A stretch of 64,000 bases of DNA from Octopus vulgaris (Eukaryota): NCBI GenBank assembly GCA_951406725.2, contig OX597815.1, positions 146,506,001 through 146,570,000 of the forward strand, in the 5' to 3' direction. A program made the translations under genes and the position numbers. The notes under the pieces were generated by a model that ran no database searches, had not been told where the DNA came from, and saw nothing but the letters and a program-made list of their open reading frames with translations. Below are positions 52,651 through 64,000 of the stretch, piece by piece. How positions within the stretch are numbered: position 1 is the stretch's first letter; the number at the start of each line of letters is the position of its first letter.

Positions 52651-53095
52651 CTTTAGTATCATTATTAAGGCGGAATAATTTGTATTATTATTATTAGCAG
52701 CTTGTTTGCTGGAATTGCAAATACTTTGATTTGCTTCCGTTGGAAAAAAATATATATATATAAACGTCAATACTTGGAAAAAGTGTTAATCACGTTGACA
52801 TGGCAGAAAATCTACACTCATGGTATCACTGCAGCTCGTCTCCTTGAAAAAGCAGGAATTCTATGACAGCACGAGGTTTCTGAAGTGTCATAAAGGGGTC
52901 AAAGCCTTCGATTATTGCGATCTTCGAAAATTCCACAAAGGCGCCTTATAAAGGATTTATAAAGTGGAAAACGCACGACGACCTCGGGAAAACTCTGAGC
53001 GTTAATGGAAATCAATTGCTTGATTAGTAGAGAAAGATTTTTCACTCCGTGGCTCATGGGTAATTTGTAGAAAGTGCTTGCATGAGAGTGCTGTC

Positions 53096-53160
53096 GGGGT
53101 GGGTGGGCTCTGTCGGTTCGATATAAATTCAAAAAAGACGGAAAAGACGTCAGCTAAGCG
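53096..53160 (+). promoter_or_regulatory. Candidate Pol II core promoter
   Basis: GT-box GGGGTGGGTGGG (53096), TATAAA (53122), and CRE-like GACGTCA overlapping an Inr-like TCAGCT whose A (53152) is 30 nt after the TATA. Lies in a CpG-retaining non-repeat island. Confidence 0.35.
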
Positions 53161-55637
53161 TGTCTAAAACGCGTAGAGCGACGCAGCCGTTCTACACACA
53201 CTCGTCCAATGGCTCAGCATTAACGACTTGTGGAGCTTCTGTCGTGTGTAGGACAGATGTGGTTATCTACTGAGTAGATAACACAGGCACAAAGATAGCC
53301 AAGAGGGTGACTCAATACCATCGATTTCATTTCTTCGTATTATCCACTCTGATGGGATCAATGTTAAATTTCACATTAATGGGAATTGAATGCAACAGGA
53401 AAATAACCAGAAGAGATCTCTGAACATTTTTTCAGTCTTCTAACGATTCTGTCTGGTCGTTCTATTTGGTTACTCATTTAAGCACAAGGCCAGCAATTTT
53501 GATATCAAGTGTCTGTAATCGATAGTGTCGACTCCAGTACTTGACTGGTACTTTTATCTGCTGTGGAAGAATGAAAGGCAAAGTTGAACACGGCGGAAAC
53601 TTAGCATGGAATATACAGAATAGGCATTCTGTCCGACGCTTTAATGATTATACCAATACGAAAATAAATATATTAAATATATTAAATGTGAGAAGTTCGA
53701 AATAGTTAGAAATAGACTCAACACGTTTATGCTATAAAGGTAAAAATATTAAATGGATTTTTAATGTTAGGTATATTATTGTATAATAACTGGTCCACAT
53801 AACTTTTCTCATAATGAAAGAAATAATATGTTTATTAATGAGTTTATCATCTTTTTAAGATAGATTATCAACCACTACATTTTCATTTTGTTGTTTAAAT
53901 TTCAGTTTTTCAATTTCATTTCCTGTCTCAGAGTATCAATTAAACCGATGCTGTGATATATTAATCATATACTTCTACTTTCATTAACATATTAATTTTC
54001 TCTGACGGTTAAAGTATTTGAAGACATAAGTGTAACGTAATAAATAAATATTTAAGAATTTAGATTGTAGTGAATCTAAACTGATCTGTTAAATATATTA
54101 TGCATAGCAATTCGTAAACAGTAAAGAAAAATACGAAAAAATATATAAATGACAAAACTTAAGAAAAAAACAAACAACCCCAAACAATGGCGTGAATTTC
54201 AACAATGAAGAAAGTCAATAATTTATAGAATCTCTGATGAGAATTTATTCTTCTGAAGTATCTATAGTAACAGCTTCTTTGTTATTTATTTACATTAATC
54301 AACAAAAATTTTGAAATATAATTTAGACATTTTAGGTCTAAGTAATGAATGAAGGAAGTGAAGCAGCGTAGATATACTATTCATGATATTTTATTATATT
54401 TTCACATTTAAAATGATAGATTATATAAATCGAGAAAATTGGGTTCTGCTTCGAGATTGACAGAAATGAATTTTAGTGAATTCACTTATTAATCCTAAAG
54501 TGATGGATGAGTTTTTTAAACATATCTGGTTCAGCACAAAATGGTCTTTGCTTATGTAAGAACTCTTGCATATCACAGATAGTTCATTTGGCTAATTATA
54601 TCTAGCAATCAGGTACCAATAAATGTAAGTAGAATACACATCCAAGGTAATTTCTCATGTATGACAAGTAAATGTTTATAAAACTTCGAGAAATTTAGGG
54701 TGTTAGACAACAAAAATACGTATAGAAAAAACACATCGTTCCTTAAATTCCTTAGAAGATAATTATTACTTTCGTCCTTCTTTTTTAAACATACTGCGTT
54801 TGCACCCTGTCTCAATATTATCACTATTTCCCTTTATGAAATTCATTCTATTGTCTTGACTTTGTGAGTTATATTTAAGGATATGGTTTCTCAATTCAGG
54901 TTTACATCTCTCAGCCACAGCCAATGAACTTCCAAAACACTCTGCTTTTATTTCTTTTTGTCATGAATAAATTCACGTTTCTCAATTACAGTTATAATTT
55001 CTCACTATTCCAGCGACGTCTTTAATATTTCTAGCAACAGGCAGATATTCGTCACAACGAATAATGAAAACCTAAACTGCTGCACTGATGGTCTTTTTCT
55101 ATTCTTAACAAGCCCTCGCCCCTTTCTCTTTTTGGATATAAAGTGTTCAGTATGTTGTTCATTTTGGAGAGATTTCTTATTCTTTTAGTCAATTAATGTG
55201 GCTCTGACTTTGGTCACTTTAAAAACAAGCACCACAGCGCCTCAGCATTAACGTTGCCCACATACTGGCTGTCTTCATGATATAACAATGTTCTTATATT
55301 CCTCATCATAATCACCACCTCCACCACCACCACCACCATCGTCGTCGTAATCATCTTCATCGCCATTAATATGTTTATTATTTATTATTATTGGCAACAG
55401 TATGAGTTGCAGCATTAAGGTAATAACCTCTTGAGGGTGTAGGAATATCATTTTATTACAAAAGCTGTGTTATCTAACTTCAATATTGAAACAACCCATT
55501 CACTGCGCTGCTGTTCTGTACTTTAAGATGAAAATAATACATTGATCTGTAATACGTTTCACTAGGAAAAAAAAGAGATAGTAACATCGGTTGGGAATAA
55601 GAGACAATTGGGAGGTATTGAAAATAAGGCTTTGAAA

Positions 55638-55641
<4 letters not shown>

Positions 55642-55700
<59 letters not shown>
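55642..55700. repeat. (GA)n microsatellite
   Basis: Seen directly. Confidence 0.98.
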
Positions 55701-55708
<8 letters not shown>

Positions 55709-56630
55709 GCCGAAAAAGACGGAGAGAGTAAAAGAGAGAGAGCAGATTATAAAGAAAATGGTAAATTTGGCAGCTTTTCTCTATGGCTGAAATACAATAA
55801 CTCTATTGATTATGACATGTATAAGAAATACACAACCATAAATGCAGAAGAAAACATAAAGCAGTGAAACATAATAAAAACCACAAATACATGCAATTGT
55901 AAATGCGTTAGAGGAATTAATATATAAATAAAAACGCGAAATCATTATTAAAGTAAGAAAATATAAGGGTAAATGTATTAGCAATACTTGGAAATGAAAA
56001 GAGATAATATATTCTTGCAATATCGCTCCTTTAGGGTTATTGCAATTTGATTGAGGAGACAGAGGAAAAGATGACGAACCGAAAGATATAGAAATGTGAA
56101 TTGGTTGTGAAGATAACAAAATGTAACGTAAAAAAGAAAAAGAACAAATGTGATGGCTGAGAAAAAAATGCAGATGATAGTGATTCAAGGATGCCATCAT
56201 ATCCAAATTGAATCAGTCGGCAAGCGCCTAAATTTATCAAGAATCTTCCATTAACGTTGATTCTAGTTCAGAGACAAAGGAATGATGACGGAGGTATGCG
56301 GAAAGTGATGGTAACTCGCTCGAGATAGGTGAACAGCTGAGATGTAGCAGCGGAATGAAAGAAAAGACAGTAACCACAAAGCAGTGTTCTCAAGCAAGTT
56401 CTAACATTTGCTTTATGGAACATTAAAGTGAGTGAAATTTAAAAGGAATCAATAATCGTGTTAAAGTGTTAAAAAAAGATAATGAGCACTTTGTTTGAAA
56501 TTCGTGGTTATATTTAAGAGCCCAGAATGATAATATGAATCTTAAGTAGAAGAGATTCGCTGTCAATATCTTGTCTATATCTTGATAAGTAATATTTCCC
56601 AAAATAATGTTTAAAACCGGCTAATATGTG

Positions 56631-56721
<91 letters not shown>

Positions 56722-57549
56722 CACTCACACATACACAGACACAGACACACACACTTATATGTACATTGCATTTCTCTAGATAAGATACCATATTTTATAC
56801 AATTTAGTTACAGATTGAACATGATAATACTTAATGTGTAGCGCTAAAACATGATAATGCTATAATCATCTTGGAAAAAAAATACCGTATCAATGTTATT
56901 TACCCGGCTGATAACAGTGTTCATATCTAAATAGGCACCGCGAGAAGCCAACGAATCTTTGAATGCTCTCTTGATGCAATCGTTCGATTGTAAGAATCTG
57001 AAGCCAAAATATCCCCAAAATTGCACTCTACGTTCACTACGAAAAGAAAATACACATTACTGAACGTAATCTTCGCTACTCTGTCCGTGAAAATAAATGG
57101 TATGTTCATTGATGAATGCCTTACATCTGTGGTTTATTCTATAATAATAGCTACTCCGCTAAACAATAGTAACAACTACATTGTCTTATAAGTGCATTAA
57201 TATATCTCATTGAATAACATTGCTTTGCAGTGTCAAATACATGCGCATGCACTTTACATAAGGTTGTTTCTCTGCACTGAAAACATACATAATTCTTCTA
57301 TGGCACGTAATTAGGAAAATTATCTTTAATAGGAGTACTAAGCATCATAAACAACAAACTAGAAAGTAGCATAATATAGATGCCTTACTAAAATATTTGT
57401 AATATGGTTTCCCGCATCCACGTTTGCTTTGAATGGTGACGAAAAAATAAAAGCTATAACAATGTATGCTAATTAAGTAATATTTGATAAAGCTGATGTA
57501 GCGAGAAAGTGATTGACTTCGTATTTAAACATATCTAGTTTGCTTGTTG

Positions 57550-57920
57550 TTCAGTTCGCTTCATGTCACTTCTAGGCAAAACATCGATGTCTGTTGTTTC
57601 AGGTGAAAGAATTGAGAGACGCACGGTTGTTATCGACAAAATGTTTTCAAGCCACAAAGTCAGTATTGCTGCCTTAAGTGAAAAGTGTTCAACGATGGAA
57701 AACACCGTTAAACGATGTCATTTCAGATGCATGCTATGCATTGGAAAGAATAAGAATCAATGCTATTAATCAGCTGCAGAAATTTGCCATAAAACCCAGC
57801 CTGCTCATTAAAGCTCAATCGATTCCTTGAGGTATTAATTGATAGGATCAGATTGTTGAAATTCACTCTAAAGGGAAGCTAATTTGTAGTCATAATTAAC
57901 ATATATATAACCTCAACAAA
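57550..57920 (+). mobile_element. RTE-clade LINE, APE endonuclease N-terminal remnant
   Basis: ERIERRTVVI..HKVSIAALSE resembles RTE/BovB RPERRTAL..DIAALSET. Downstream FAIKPSL..P*GIN. Confidence 0.65.
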
Positions 57921-59224
57921 CGTAGCAACGATATCTTAATATACCTTCCATAGCAATGACCGCAGTGGGAAATATAATTATAATTCTGTGGATATCTCTT
58001 TTCATTATGTACATAATGTTTTCAAGTGATGCCAGCGTATATAGAAATACAAACCTTCACCTCCAATTGCTCTTGAAAGAATTTATATATTCCTGATATC
58101 ATCAAACTATTTTAGCTGTTAAACAGATAGAGGAATCTAAAATGAAAGCTATTGAAGAGCTCACTTAGGTTTAATGATAACCTTGTACTGATAAAACAAA
58201 ACAAACAAGAATATAACTACGCAGTAATAAAGCACAATAAATGCATCTTGAGAAGAACGGATGTGAAATAAATCAACACATTCCATCAGAAACCAATGAA
58301 GTCCAAATTACTTCAACAGTTTAATGAAACTTATAAGCTTGTAATAAATATCATTCTGTTTTTAAAAACGAATTAATTATCGGTATTCTAGTAATAAGTA
58401 TCGCAAAATGCTGCTCAACATTTCAACAACCGTACAAACCTTCAAGAACTGGCAATAGATGAGTTGACACGGAGGAAATTATTATTCAAACAACAATATA
58501 AATATAAAAATGTATGTTAGAAAGTAGTTGAAGCTCCTGCTTATATACATCATATAAGCTACTCTTTTTCTACGTAATAAGTAAGATAAACCGACTGCTA
58601 GATGAAGATGTAATAAGCGTTTAATTCGACAAGTGAATCAAAGTTTTCTGGCAAAATAAGGATAAAGTCTCGTTTCCCAGTGATCTTATGAAAACATATT
58701 TCTTTACGATACAGAGCACTAAGCCTAATTCGCATCTCTAAAACTGAACATTCATTAACGTTGCTAATGCTAGTTCTACAAATAAGGGCAAATAAAGGAA
58801 GGTAATAATGGAGTTTCTCTATCGTCTAAACAACAATAGGTTACTCTTTTATTTGTCGTTAGAAAAAAAAACTTCCTTGAGGATTTTTCAATTATCTATG
58901 CTCTAAACAGTTAAGACTCCGTATTTTGTTGTCCAAATCTGAAATTATTGAGGCTTTCCATATTATTCGGTTTTCCATCCATTGAGTTATCTACGCGTAA
59001 ACACAAACCAATATGTGCTCTCATTATCCTATCCGTCCATCCATCCATCCATCCATCCATCAATCCATGAATCTCTCTCTTTGCATCTCTCTCAATTTCT
59101 TTCTTTCTCTCTCTTCCTCTCTCTCTTTCTATGTGTGTATTTGTGCATGTATATATATAAACTTAGATAATCTTAGATATGTTTCAACCAAAGATTGGTC
59201 CAGGCCATGTCTAATTTAATAGCA

Positions 59225-59890
59225 CCATCTAATAGGATTATCTAAATCCTTTTAAAGTCAAACTTTGTGGTATTATGGTCCATTAAAGTAGTGAGTTCTT
59301 GTTGAGTTGTATCCAGATATAGGTGGCTTATCCGGCATTCCCTGAAGAAATTTGTCCAGACTACGTTTAAATGTGATGGGAACCTTTTTCTATTTGATCA
59401 GTTTTGGGACAATGTTAAACAGAACAGGACCTGTTGAGGAAAAGATATTGTGTTGCAGTGTACCTATATATTGTGATCCTGAATTGACCAGGGGATGTAC
59501 GGCCCGTGGTCCCAGCCTTGGATGAACTTTGAAGTTAATGTTCAGGTCGTTTGGACAATGCTGGCGGTATATTTACCACATCGTGCAAATGAAGTATCGC
59601 TCGTAGCGGCGCTGGAGAGAGTAGAGTTTCAAGGCTTAAAGGCGGTACTAGTAATCGAGATCAGTCATGCCTTCAATTCGTTTAGTGAATGCCCTCTGGG
59701 GTGATTCAATCCTCGAGATGTTTTGTTTTGTATGGGGAACCACCGGGGGAGCAGTATTCGTGGTGTAGCCGTACAAAAAAAGAGATAAGTGGAATGATGA
59801 CATATTGTTCTCTGGAGTGGAGGGGTTCTTAAGATCCAGGAGCTCATCCTAGGATCTATATCGACCTTATTGCTGATGTGGGCACTCTAT
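59225..59890 (-). mobile_element. CR1/L2/Jockey-type LINE ORF2 3' end
   Basis: Minus translation HHEYCSP, YSLQRRYERYFICTMW, CPNDLNINFKVHPRLG, FSSTGPVLFNIVPK, FKRSLDKFLQGMPDKP. Confidence 0.82.
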
Positions 59891-60003
59891 CCATACCTAC
59901 CTACCTACCTACCTACCTACCTACCTACCTACCTACCTACCTACCTACCACCTACCTACCTACCTACCTACCTACCTACCTACCTACCTACCTACCTACC
60001 TAC

Positions 60004-60038
<35 letters not shown>

Positions 60039-60311
60039 ACTGCTTACATACGCGTGTTTGTATTATATAGAGACTTGCATATAGCCATAACAGTAATTTT
60101 ATATAAGCTGTATATGTACGCACGCAAACACACACACACGCACGCACACACACAAACACACACACACATATATATATATATACATATATATATATAAATA
60201 TATATATGAACACATCTATGTATAAACAGCATACATACAGCAATATATGCGTGTCTGTGTCTATACAAGTATATATATATATATGTATGCATGTATGTAT
60301 ATATATGCATC

Positions 60312-60370
<59 letters not shown>

Positions 60371-60895
60371 ATGTTTATGTGTGTGTGTGTGTATACATAT
60401 TCCATATGTATATTTTCCACACACATATTTTTATATATGTTCCATGACAACAAAGAGTCTTAATATATCTATATATATATAATTATGGAAGTAGATGTTT
60501 TCAACGTCAACTTGTGTCTCTCACCCATTCTTCCTCACTGTCTTAACTCACTCAGACTGTCTTTCGCTCTCTTCTTAGAAGTATCAAATTCAACTCTGGT
60601 TCAACTATTGTAAATGTTAAGAGGCATTACTCTTCTTATTTACGTCACTGAAGTCTGCGTTTTGGAATTGAAACAGGAAATAAGAAAAATATAATTCTCT
60701 TTGAAAGACACTAAGTCGAAAACGGATGACGACCGATCGTGATGATGATGGTGGCGGCGGTTTTGATGATGACGATTATGATGTTAGTGACGAAGAGGAG
60801 GAAGAAAACGCAGATGGAATACCAGAAGCAGAAATCGCGGTGGTGGTGTGGTGGTGGTGGTGGTTGTGGTAGTAGTAGTAGTAGTAGTAGTAGTT

Positions 60896-60935
<40 letters not shown>

Positions 60936-61614
60936 ATGAAAATGACTTCAAAGTTACAAGGAGAAGATAGAAAAAAGAGGTTGTTAAAGTAGTGAAGTAG
61001 TAGTTGTAGTAGTGGCAGTAGTTTTCATCGTCGTCGTAGTAATAAGAAGAAGCGGAGAAAAAGAGGCGAAAGAAGAAAATTAAGGGGAAGCGAAACAGAA
61101 AATGAAAAGAAGACAGACAGAGAGAAAGAAAGAAAATATGAGATGCTGTATGCATGTCTTTAAATGTTCTTATCATCATGGACCATTTTTTTGCATCAGC
61201 TTTCCAAACTATTAACTGGAAAACATGTTTCCGTGAGGAAAGTGCAATTCTTTTTCTAAACATCCTCTAGTTTGTAACTTTAACCATCTCTAGCAAAAGG
61301 AATTCATAATAAAGTCCTATCCGCTATTCAGGTATGTAGGTATGCTGGTAGTGCTTATACCATTAGTCACAACAATTATACACTACATATTTCATGAGAA
61401 GCCCATTAAACGTCATGAGTTAAACGTCTGCCGTAGAGTCTGCCGTAGTTAAACGTCTGCCGTAGAGTCAAGTGCAGTTATAAGTTTCAGCCTGTCTCCT
61501 GGGTCTTTGGGGCTCTCTAGAACAACAATGGTATAGCAAATCGAATTTTATGGAAGAAATATAGCAAAATATACGATATATGTTTGTACATAGCACACAC
61601 TTTTTCATGCACTT

Positions 61615-61649
<35 letters not shown>

Positions 61650-61653
<4 letters not shown>

Positions 61654-61965
61654 AGGCGCGTGTGGCTCAGTGGTTAGAGCGTCGAGCTTACGATCGTGAG
61701 GTTGTGAGCTCGAATCCCGGACCGGGCTGCGTGTTGTGTTCTTGAGCAAGACACTTTATTTCACGTTGTTCCAGTTCATTCAGGTGCCAAGCTGTATCGG
61801 CCATTGCCTTTCCATTGGACAACATCGGTGACGTGGAGAGGGGAGGCCGGTATGCATGGGCGACTGCTGGTCTTCCACAAAAAACAACATTGCCCAGACT
61901 TGTGCCTCAGAGGGTAACTCTCTAGGTGCAAACCCATGGTCAGTGTCTGACCGAAGGGGGTCACC
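61650..61965 (+). mobile_element. tRNA-derived CORE-like SINE related to family C, with a different tail
   Basis: GTGGCTCAGTGGTTAGAGC, B-box-like CTCGAATCCC, GTGTTCTTGAGCAAGACACTTTATTTCACGTTG. Sits in (TA)n. Confidence 0.88.
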
Positions 61966-61996
61966 ATATCACCATATATATATATATATATATATA

Positions 61997-62330
61997 TGAA
62001 GCTGAAGTTGTTTGTGTAGGGCAAGTTGCGGTGCAAGTTGACCAAAATTAAGAGTATGATAGAGGAATGGTTGCTCTTCAAATTCAAATTCAAATCGGAC
62101 CATGTTAAGGCCCAAAATTATTTACATAAAAAAGTGCTTTTTTTTCTATGAAAATCCCTATTTTTTACAATTTTTTGACTGCTGTGTCGCCATTTTTCGG
62201 TGTATTTCAACCAGAAAAATGTTCACTTAGAGAGAAGAACAAGCTATATAATTAAACAAAATTTACTTTTCCAAAATTCCAATTCTAAAGGGCCGAAACA
62301 AACCCGAGCAACGCCGGGCGACACTGCTAA
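61997..62330 (+). mobile_element. Non-autonomous Helitron
   Basis: 3' hairpin CCCGAGCAACGCCGGG (62303-62318) followed 8 nt later by CTAA (CTRR end). No TSD seen. Confidence 0.65.
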
Positions 62331-62369
62331 TATATATATATATTTCAAATTTACATAAAACCTAAGACG

Positions 62370-62572
62370 AAAACAGACCGGCGATGATTGATCGCTAGCC
62401 ACTACACACATTTTTTCTCTCTCTCTGTTTTTTTCTGTGTTCCTTTCTGTGGAAGAGTGTAGTCTTGAAACGTTAAAGACTTTTTCAATTCCCGTGCGTT
62501 ATACTAATTACTAATACATCTGTTTGTTTTCTACACCACCTGTCTTCGTCTTTTATTCTTCTCGTGAGTTCT

Positions 62573-62575
<3 letters not shown>
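62370..62575 (+). mobile_element. Short HHR-bearing element
   Basis: cttt-CTGTGGA-a-gagt(gtag)tctt-GAAA-cgtt-aaag at 62443-62478. Homologous to 38160-38330 and ends in (TA)n. Confidence 0.75.
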
Positions 62576-62615
<40 letters not shown>

Positions 62616-63165
62616 TATACAGGGAGAGGGACAGAGAGGGATGGAGGGCGAAATGGTCGAAGAGTAAGTGTCTTCTTCTACCAATAAATTGTCGATGCTG
62701 AAGTTGAGCAGACAGAACTGTGCTTTAGGACACTCCAGATCCGTTAGTATAGTTACTAATTAACGGCTTATTCTGAAGTATATCATAGTATAAAAAATCT
62801 GTGACATACAGCGGGAGAAAACAGCTAAAATCATTATAAGTATGTCTATATGACCTGAGTGGCCATAATATATATTTTACGACTGAAATTGTCTTAGTCA
62901 TGAGGAATGATCAGTTGCCATTATCTTTACATGGTCATAGGGACTGAACGAAATCGATATAAGCTCATTGGAACATCGAACAGTGTGCATTGAGGTATTT
63001 CTTCCGATTTTCTGCGCTTTGAGCTTACATATTGTGGAGGCCAGATTTGCTTTTCCTGTAGTTGGGGTCATGATCATCATATTAATGCAAGGCCTTGAAT
63101 TGTTAGTAGTAGTAGTAATAGTAGTAGAGGTAGTAGTAGTAATGGTGGTAGCGGTTGTGGTGGTG

Positions 63166-63225
<60 letters not shown>

Positions 63226-63239
63226 ATTACCTATTACTG

Positions 63240-64000
63240 ACAGATGATGCCTCTGCTCCATTTGTCTGTGTAGTCGTTGCTGGAGAGGTTAGTACGGGAT
63301 CGGTGTGTAAATTTTTAGTCGCCTTTCACAACACGTAGAGCACACGCTTGTTTTTTTCTTTGACAACTTTTCCACCATATACCTTGCGTTATTTTCTCCA
63401 TCTTTTTCGTTGTATTCTGTAGAGAGTCCTGGCCATAATTATCATTTCTGATTAAGTGAGGTCATAAGGAAATTATTATGGTAAACTAAGATTTTGGTAG
63501 TGAAAACTTGAAAGAGTTCTGAATGTTTTAATTGGTTTTCAGTATTTGAAAAGATGGGCTACACGAGTGATTCCTGGATATAAGCACAGATTTTCTCTTT
63601 TCGCTATTACTTTTTATTTCAGGATGCATAATTCGGAGTCAAGGGGGCAAGGGTCTCTCTAGGCAGAGCCACTGTTTCTCCGCATTGGCAGGTTACACCT
63701 CTGGTATTACGGTCATATGATTAGAATTTTGCAGGGAAGAATCTCAAGACGGATTCTTCAAGTATAGCAACTAACAGGGGTTATAGGGGGTGGAGCCAAA
63801 ATGAAATACTTGGATAATGTTTATAGTCTCAGTTTGGTTTCACATGGGAATACAGTCTGAAAGTTTAATGAAGGCTGCTTGTGATAAGCCCATGTGGAGG
63901 ATGTACCTGAAGAATCTACACTCGTGGCCTTCCCAAGAATATTGGGAGGGAAGACGAAGGAATAGATTCCTTCTATCATTTGACAGCAGCTGTGATGGGA
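63240..64000 (-). mobile_element. Possible old LINE-derived fragment
   Basis: GC-richer non-microsatellite block with coding-like minus-strand bias but no diagnostic motif. Confidence 0.25.

Noticed and set aside
53179-53252. pre-miRNA hairpin
   Set aside because: Too many bulges and no match to conserved miRNAs I recognise.
61419-61469. Short GTTAAACGTCTGCCGTAG(A) repeats
   Set aside because: A simple local slippage duplication with no further structure.

Overview
Very AT-rich, microsatellite-saturated animal DNA, intergenic or intronic, with no recognisable host protein-coding exon. Almost all ORFs in the track are translations of simple repeats. The repeat complement most resembles an octopus (coleoid cephalopod) genome, which is an inference. 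Contents: (1) three tRNA-derived SINE families; (2) Penelope-like elements (PLE) with GIY-YIG endonuclease remnants, one keeping a 237-codon open 3' ORF fragment; (3) six R4/Dong-type RLE retrotransposon 3' fragments in (AAT)n tracts; (4) CR1/L2/Jockey-type and RTE LINE fragments; (5) two Tc1/mariner remnants and a non-autonomous Helitron; (6) two weak candidate Pol II promoters. The most notable signal is a recurring set of fold-back elements and short non-coding insertions that carry minimal, mostly degenerate hammerhead-ribozyme (HHR) cores. These suggest several non-autonomous PLE-derived (retrozyme-like) families that insert into (TA)n/(AAT)n and leave long dsRNA-forming hairpins. All alignments and folds were done by eye.
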